From assembly GCF_022846255.1 (NCBI RefSeq), contig NZ_AP025682.1: a DNA stretch of 64,000 nucleotides; one strand, 5' to 3'. Origin of the DNA: Escherichia coli (lineage in GTDB: Bacteria > Pseudomonadota > Gammaproteobacteria > Enterobacterales > Enterobacteriaceae). Of this stretch, positions 58,237 to 64,000 are shown one piece after another. The notes beneath the pieces are model-generated. The model ran no database searches. It had not been told where the DNA came from and saw only the letters and a list, made by a program, of their open reading frames with translations. The position numbers were made by a program, and so were the translations under genes. Position 1 is the first letter of the stretch; the number at the start of each line of letters is the position of its first letter.

Positions 58237-58641
58237 ATGCAAGCGCGAGTGAAGTGGGTCGAAGGGTTAACTTTTCTGGGCGAATCCGCCTCTGGTCACC
58301 AGATTTTAATGGACGGCAACTCAGGCGATAAAGCACCAAGTCCGATGGAAATGGTGTTGATGGCGGCGGGTGGTTGCAGTGCCATCGATGTGGTTTCTAT
58401 TCTGCAAAAAGGGCGTCAGGATGTGGTCGATTGTGAAGTAAAATTGACCTCTGAACGCCGCGAAGAGGCACCACGCCTGTTTACGCACATTAATCTGCAT
58501 TTTATCGTCACCGGTCGCGACCTGAAAGACGCAGCGGTTGCGCGTGCGGTTGATCTCTCTGCCGAGAAATATTGTTCAGTGGCGCTGATGCTGGAAAAAG
58601 CGGTGAATATTACTCACTCGTATGAAGTGGTTGCCGCGTGA
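58237..58641 (+). CDS. yhfA: OsmC-family protein YhfA
   Basis: 134-aa ORF divergent from crp. Confidence 0.88.
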   Translation: MQARVKWVEGLTFLGESASGHQILMDGNSGDKAPSPMEMVLMAAGGCSAIDVVSILQKGRQDVVDCEVKLTSERREEAPRLFTHINLHFIVTGRDLKDAAVARAVDLSAEKYCSVALMLEKAVNITHSYEVVAA

Positions 58642-58695
58642 TTTAACTATCCCGTTGTGAAGCCGGATAGTATTTTATCCGGCGTAATAGCAGCG

Positions 58696-59565
58696 TTACT
58701 CGATTTTCTTTCCTTCCATCAATCGTTGCACCAGCGGCAGCATAATTAATTCCATTGCCAGACCCATTTTGCCGCCAGGCACCACTAACGTATTGATGTG
58801 GGAAATGAATGAGCCCTGCAACATTGCCAGCAGCCAGGGGAAATCGATCCCTTCCAGATTACGAAAATGGATCACCACAAAGCTTTCATCCAGCGACGGG
58901 ATACCTTTTGCCGCGAACGGGTTTGAAGTGTCGACGGTGGGAACGCGCTGGAAGTTAAGATGGGTGCGGGAAAACTGCGGTGTGATGTAGTTGATATAGT
59001 CTTCCATTGAGCGCACTACCGAGTCCATCACTGCTTCTCGTGAGTGCCCGCGCTCGCTGGTGTCGCGGATCAGTTTTTGAATCCACTCAAGGTTAACGAT
59101 AGGCACCACGCCGACCAGTAAGTCCACATGCTGCGCAACGTTATGCTGTGGCGTGACGACGCCGCCGTGTAAACCTTCATAAAACAGTACATCAGTGGGT
59201 TCCGGTAAAGGTTGCCATGGGGTGAATGTCCCCGGTACCTGATTCCACGGTACGGCTTCGTCGTAGGTATGCAGATATTTGCGAGATTTCCCTTTGCCGC
59301 TCTGACCATATTCAATGAAGGTTTGTTCCAGCAGGCCAAAGTCGTTCGCTTCGGGGCCGAAGTAGCTGATATGCCGCCCGGCGTCGCGCGCTTTGCGGAT
59401 CGCCATGTCCATTTCCGGGCGGGTATAACGGTGAAAACTGTCGCCTTCCACCTCGGCTGCATGCAGATTTAACTGCGCGAATATTTTACGAAACGCGAGG
59501 CTGGTGGTGGTGGTCCCCGCGCCGCTGGATCCTGTTACCGCAATGACCGGATGTTTGGCAGACAT
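58696..59565 (-). CDS. prkB: phosphoribulokinase homologue
   Basis: 289-aa ORF with P-loop (AVTGSSGAGTTT). Confidence 0.9.
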   Translation of the reverse strand: MSAKHPVIAVTGSSGAGTTTTSLAFRKIFAQLNLHAAEVEGDSFHRYTRPEMDMAIRKARDAGRHISYFGPEANDFGLLEQTFIEYGQSGKGKSRKYLHTYDEAVPWNQVPGTFTPWQPLPEPTDVLFYEGLHGGVVTPQHNVAQHVDLLVGVVPIVNLEWIQKLIRDTSERGHSREAVMDSVVRSMEDYINYITPQFSRTHLNFQRVPTVDTSNPFAAKGIPSLDESFVVIHFRNLEGIDFPWLLAMLQGSFISHINTLVVPGGKMGLAMELIMLPLVQRLMEGKKIE

Positions 59566-59618
59566 AGTAACTCCATGACTTAGCTATCATTATTATCTCG
59601 TCCGCCGACGGTTGCAGG

Positions 59619-59837
59619 TTATTCGCGAAACTGACTGCGCGGCATGATATTGACCGTTTCGTGCAGCTCCGACCATACCAGCACCGCTTCTCCGCACTGT
59701 AGCTGGCGTTTGACGTCGGCGACTTTCTGTTCAAGTGTACGCTCATGTTCACCATAATCGGTGCCTTCACGTAACACAAAGCTTTCAATTAAATTTTCCA
59801 GCGTTTCGGGGGAGAGGTCTTGCCACGGAATCAACAT
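59619..59837 (-). CDS. yheU: UPF0270-type small protein YheU
   Basis: 72-aa ORF; start overlaps yheT stop. Confidence 0.85.
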
Positions 59838-60853
59838 GATTTCGCCTCCAGATACGTTGTTAACCAGTCAGGAATGCGTGACTCCAGCCACATTTGCGGA
59901 TGAAGTAATGTACCGCCAATAAAGCCAACATGACCGCCATGTTCAGTCAGCTGATACTCCACCTGCGGGGGGAGACTTTCCGGTTTCGGGATCACCTGAT
60001 GATCCATAAACGGATCGTCTTTGGCGTGAATAATCAGTGTCGGTTTGGCTATCCGATTGAGCATCGGCATGGCGCTACACTGACGATAATAGTCAATAGC
60101 GTCAGCGTAGCCGTGAATTCTGGCGGTGATGAGATCGTCAAATTCACGGATGCGACGTACCGATTTTAACTGCGCGAGATTAATCGGCAGTGTGCCGGGG
60201 TAGGCTGCCAGCTTGCGCGCGGCATTGGCTTTTAACAGGTTCAGCAAGTAACGCTGATAAACGCGGGAAAAGCCCTTTTCCATATGGTAACTACAGGCCT
60301 CCAGCATAAACGGCGCAGAGACAATCACTGCCGCATCAATCGGGAGATCATTGCCTTCTTTTGCCAGCAAACAGGCCAGCATATTACCGCCGAGCGAATA
60401 GCCGACGGCAGCCGTTGGCGCATGACCAAACTCGCGTTGCAGCCAGCGTAAAAACCAACTGGCGTCTTCGGTTTCGCCCGAATGGTAAATGCGGTGCATA
60501 CGGTTTGGTTCACCGCTGCATCCGCGAAAATGCATCACCACGCCCAGCCAGCCGCGCTTTTGCGCCGCCTCAACCAGACCGTGAGCGTAAGGGCTATTGA
60601 GACTGCCTTCCAGCCCGTGAAATACCACTAAACGCGGTTTATGCCGCGCCTGTGCAGGATCTTCACTCCACGCGAGATCGACAAAATCGCCGTCGGGCAA
60701 CTCCAGCCGCTGCCAGTACGGGGTGAATTTCACCTTGCGACGGAACAGACGCGGCAGCATGGTTTGTAGATGACAATTGCTAAAGCCGCGCATGGGGGTG
60801 AATTCAGCACTGCTGCTGAATTCATTGGCATCGGTCGTTGTTATCTGCGCCAT
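59831..60853 (-). CDS. yheT: alpha/beta hydrolase YheT
   Basis: 340-aa ORF with GxSxG nucleophile (GYSLGG). Confidence 0.88.
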
Positions 60854-62766
60854 CAGTTGCTTTGGCCTTCCAGCAGCATCTGCTCAAGCTGCTCCTGGGC
60901 TTCCAGCCATGCCATTTCGCACTCTTCCAGGCCGGATTTGGCGCTGGCTTGCTGTTGCAGGCAGGCGGTCAACTCCGCTTTACGGCTTTGATCGTACAGT
61001 TCGCTGTCGCCGAGTTTCTCTTCCGCCTGCGCCAGTTGCGCGTTCAGCTTCTCCATCTCTTTTTCCAGACGGGCAATCTCTTTACGCAGTGGCTGGGTTT
61101 GCGCACGCAGCTCCGCTTCCCGACGCTTCTGATCTTTACGTGCCTGGGCGCTGTTCGCGTTCTCTTTTGGCGCTTCGTCGGTCTGGTTTTCCTGCTTTTG
61201 TACGTCGCTCAACCACTGTTGATAATCTTCCAGATCGCCGTCGAACGGTTCGACTTTACGATCGTGAACCAGGTAGAGATCGTCAGTGGTGGAACGCAGC
61301 AAATGACGGTCGTGCGAGACGACAACCAGCGCGCCTTCGAACTCGATTAATGCTTCGGTGAGTGCCTGACGCATGTCGAGGTCAAGGTGGTTGGTCGGTT
61401 CGTCGAGCAGCAGCAGATTCGGACGCTGCCAGACAATTAATGCCAGCACCAGGCGGGCTTTTTCCCCACCGGAGAAGCGGCGCGTTTCTTCGGTTACTTT
61501 ATCGCCCTGGAAACCAAAGCCGCCGAGGTAGTCACGCAGTTTTTGTTCCAGCTCCTGCGGCGCTAAACGTGCCAGATGTTGAATAGGCGATTCGTCGGCG
61601 CGCAGGTATTCCAGTTGATGCTGGGCGAAGTAGCCGAGCTTGATCCCTTTCGCCAGACCAATTTCACCGCTGACTGGCGCAAGTTCCCCGGCTAACAGTT
61701 TGATTAATGTCGATTTACCCGCGCCGTTGCGGCCTAGCAGACCAATGCGCGAGCCGGGGACCAGATTCAGTTTAATCGAGTCGAGAATAATGCGATCGCC
61801 ATAGCCTGCGCTGACTTTTTCCATCTTCAGTAACGGATTTGGCAGGCTTTCCGGCGCGCGGAAGCTAAAGCGGAACGGGTTGTCGACGTGCGCGGGGGCA
61901 ATCAGCTCCATACGCTCAAGCATCTTAATGCGGCTCTGGGCCTGCTTCGCTTTGGTGGCTTTGGCACGGAAACGGTCGATATAACTTTGCAGATGCGCCA
62001 CGCGTTCCTGCTGGCTTTCATACATCGCTTGTTGCTGCGCCAGACGGGTGGCGCGCTGCACTTCAAACGAACTGTAGTTGCCGGTGTACTCGAACATGCT
62101 TTGTTGTTCGATATGAATAATTTTATCAACGATCGGATCGAGGAAGTCGCGGTCGTGAGAGATCAGGATCAGCGTGCCCTGATAGCTCTTCAGCCATTTT
62201 TCCAGCCAGATAACGGCATCGAGATCGAGGTGGTTAGTCGGTTCGTCGAGCAGCAGCAAGTCTGAACGGCAAATCAGCGCCTGGGCAAGGTTAAGACGCA
62301 TACGCCAGCCACCGGAGAAATCACTCACCGGGCGCTCCAGTTGTTCATTGCTGAAACCGAGGCCGTGCAGCAGGCTGGCGGCGCGGGAGCGAATGCTCCA
62401 TGCGTCAATAGCATCCAGCTTGCCATGAATGGTCGCAATGGCGTGCCCGTCGTTACGTTCGTTGGCGTCGTGTAGCTGCGCTTCCAGTTGACGATATTCA
62501 CGGTCGCCGTCAATGACATATTCCAGCGCCGCTTGCGGTAGCGCTGGTGTTTCCTGATTCACCCACGCCAGTTGCCAGCTTCCTGGAAAGGTGTAGCTGC
62601 CGCCGTCGGCACTGATTTCATTTTTCAGCAATGCCAGCAGGGTAGATTTACCACAGCCGTTTTTACCCACCAGGCCGACTTTCTGCCCGGGGTTGATGGT
62701 GGCGGTGGCATTATCCAGCAGGACGCGCACGCCGCGACGAATTTGTAACGAGGAGAAAACAATCAT
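60853..62766 (-). CDS. yheS: ABC-F family ATPase YheS
   Basis: 637-aa ORF with two Walker A motifs (GKNGCGKST, GRNGAGKST), two LSGG signatures and a C-terminal coiled-coil. Confidence 0.92.
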   Translation of the reverse strand: MIVFSSLQIRRGVRVLLDNATATINPGQKVGLVGKNGCGKSTLLALLKNEISADGGSYTFPGSWQLAWVNQETPALPQAALEYVIDGDREYRQLEAQLHDANERNDGHAIATIHGKLDAIDAWSIRSRAASLLHGLGFSNEQLERPVSDFSGGWRMRLNLAQALICRSDLLLLDEPTNHLDLDAVIWLEKWLKSYQGTLILISHDRDFLDPIVDKIIHIEQQSMFEYTGNYSSFEVQRATRLAQQQAMYESQQERVAHLQSYIDRFRAKATKAKQAQSRIKMLERMELIAPAHVDNPFRFSFRAPESLPNPLLKMEKVSAGYGDRIILDSIKLNLVPGSRIGLLGRNGAGKSTLIKLLAGELAPVSGEIGLAKGIKLGYFAQHQLEYLRADESPIQHLARLAPQELEQKLRDYLGGFGFQGDKVTEETRRFSGGEKARLVLALIVWQRPNLLLLDEPTNHLDLDMRQALTEALIEFEGALVVVSHDRHLLRSTTDDLYLVHDRKVEPFDGDLEDYQQWLSDVQKQENQTDEAPKENANSAQARKDQKRREAELRAQTQPLRKEIARLEKEMEKLNAQLAQAEEKLGDSELYDQSRKAELTACLQQQASAKSGLEECEMAWLEAQEQLEQMLLEGQSN

Positions 62767-62893
62767 AAGGCGCCGTATGTTCAGACTATGTTAACTTATC
62801 ATTATGATAATGTAATGTATGGGCGAGCTGCCGCACCGGGCGCAATGGTAGCCCAAAACAGCGACTATACACAAAAACCATACCGGGAGGGGG

Positions 62894-63448
62894 ATGATGT
62901 CTCAGCCAGCGAAAGTTTTGCTGCTGTATGCCCATCCGGAATCTCAGGACTCGGTGGCAAACCGGGTGCTGCTTAAACCGGCCACGCAGCTCAGCAATGT
63001 TACCGTGCACGACCTTTACGCGCACTATCCCGATTTTTTTATTGATATCCCCCGTGAGCAGGCATTACTGCGCGAGCACGAGGTGATTGTCTTTCAGCAT
63101 CCTCTTTATACCTATAGCTGCCCGGCGCTACTGAAAGAGTGGCTGGACCGGGTATTAAGCCGTGGTTTTGCCAGCGGGCCGGGAGGAAACCAACTGGCGG
63201 GAAAGTACTGGCGTAGCGTGATTACCACCGGCGAGCCGGAAAGTGCTTACCGTTATGACGCCTTGAATCGCTACCCCATGAGCGATGTTCTGCGCCCCTT
63301 TGAACTGGCGGCGGGCATGTGCCGGATGCATTGGTTGAGTCCCATCATTATTTACTGGGCGAGACGGCAAAGCGCACAGGAGCTGGCGAGTCACGCCAGA
63401 GCCTACGGTGACTGGCTGGCAAATCCGCTGTCTCCAGGAGGCCGCTGA
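62894..63448 (+). CDS. kefG: KefB ancillary protein KefG (flavodoxin-like)
   Basis: 184-aa ORF; ATGA overlap with kefB start. Confidence 0.92.
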
Positions 63449-64000
63449 TGGAAGGTTCCGATTTTTTACTCGCAGGAGTGCTGTTTCTCTTCGCGGCGGT
63501 GGCTGCGGTGCCGCTGGCATCGCGGCTGGGGATTGGCGCTGTGTTGGGATATTTGCTGGCAGGGATTGCAATTGGCCCGTGGGGGCTGGGGTTTATTAGC
63601 GACGTCGATGAGATCCTCCACTTTTCGGAACTCGGCGTGGTGTTCCTGATGTTTATCATCGGCCTTGAGTTGAATCCCTCCAAGCTTTGGCAACTGCGGC
63701 GTTCGATTTTTGGCGTAGGCGCGGCACAGGTGCTGTTAAGCGCGGCGTTGCTGGCGGGATTATTGATGCTGACCCATTTCTCATGGCAGGCGGCGGTGGT
63801 CGGTGGCATTGGCCTTGCGATGTCTTCAACTGCAATGGCGTTGCAATTGATGCGTGATAAAGGGATGAATCGCAGCGAATCCGGCCAGTTAGGTTTCTCG
63901 GTACTGCTGTTTCAGGATCTGGCGGTGATCCCGGCACTGGCGTTAGTGCCGTTGTTGGCGGGTTCGGCAGACGAACATTTCGACTGGATGAAGATCGGCA
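63448..64000 (+). CDS. kefB: glutathione-regulated K+ efflux antiporter KefB, 5' portion (continues beyond window)
   Basis: ATG at 63448; hydrophobic N-terminal region of a CPA2 antiporter; open to window end. Confidence 0.9.
   Translation, partial: MEGSDFLLAGVLFLFAAVAAVPLASRLGIGAVLGYLLAGIAIGPWGLGFISDVDEILHFSELGVVFLMFIIGLELNPSKLWQLRRSIFGVGAAQVLLSAALLAGLLMLTHFSWQAAVVGGIGLAMSSTAMALQLMRDKGMNRSESGQLGFSVLLFQDLAVIPALALVPLLAGSADEHFDWMKIG

Overview
This window is an Escherichia coli chromosomal segment, syntenic with the K-12 malQ→kefB region (about 76–77 min) but presented in reverse-complement orientation. Gene identities are from recognition of the translated ORFs and remembered K-12 gene order; no database search was run. 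It is densely packed with well-known housekeeping genes: malQ (3' part), gntT, nfuA, gntX, bioH, rpnA, feoABC, tex, greB, ompR-envZ, pck, yhgE, hslRO, yrfG, igaA, nudE, mrcA, hofMNOPQ, aroKB-damX-dam-rpe-gph-trpS, yhfZYXW-php-yhfUTS, yhfL, cysG, nirCDB, tsgA, ppiA, yhfG-fic-pabA, argD, yhfK, crp, yhfA, prkB, yheUTS, kefG and kefB (5' part). I see no rRNA, tRNA, CRISPR array, IS element or prophage. Two features differ from the K-12 layout as I remember it. First, a two-gene toxin-antitoxin-like cassette (RelE/ParE-like toxin followed by an XRE-type HTH antitoxin) sits between the envZ and pck terminators. Second, the frlABCDR fructoselysine operon is missing between yhfS and yhfL. The strain is therefore not K-12. 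The toxin-antitoxin cassette is the best candidate for a strain-specific accessory system, though its protein families are probably already described. The ORF track uses alternative start codons and often over-extends N-termini; several starts were corrected by reading the sequence. Two genes below the ORF-track size cutoff (yhfL, yhfG) were found by manual translation.
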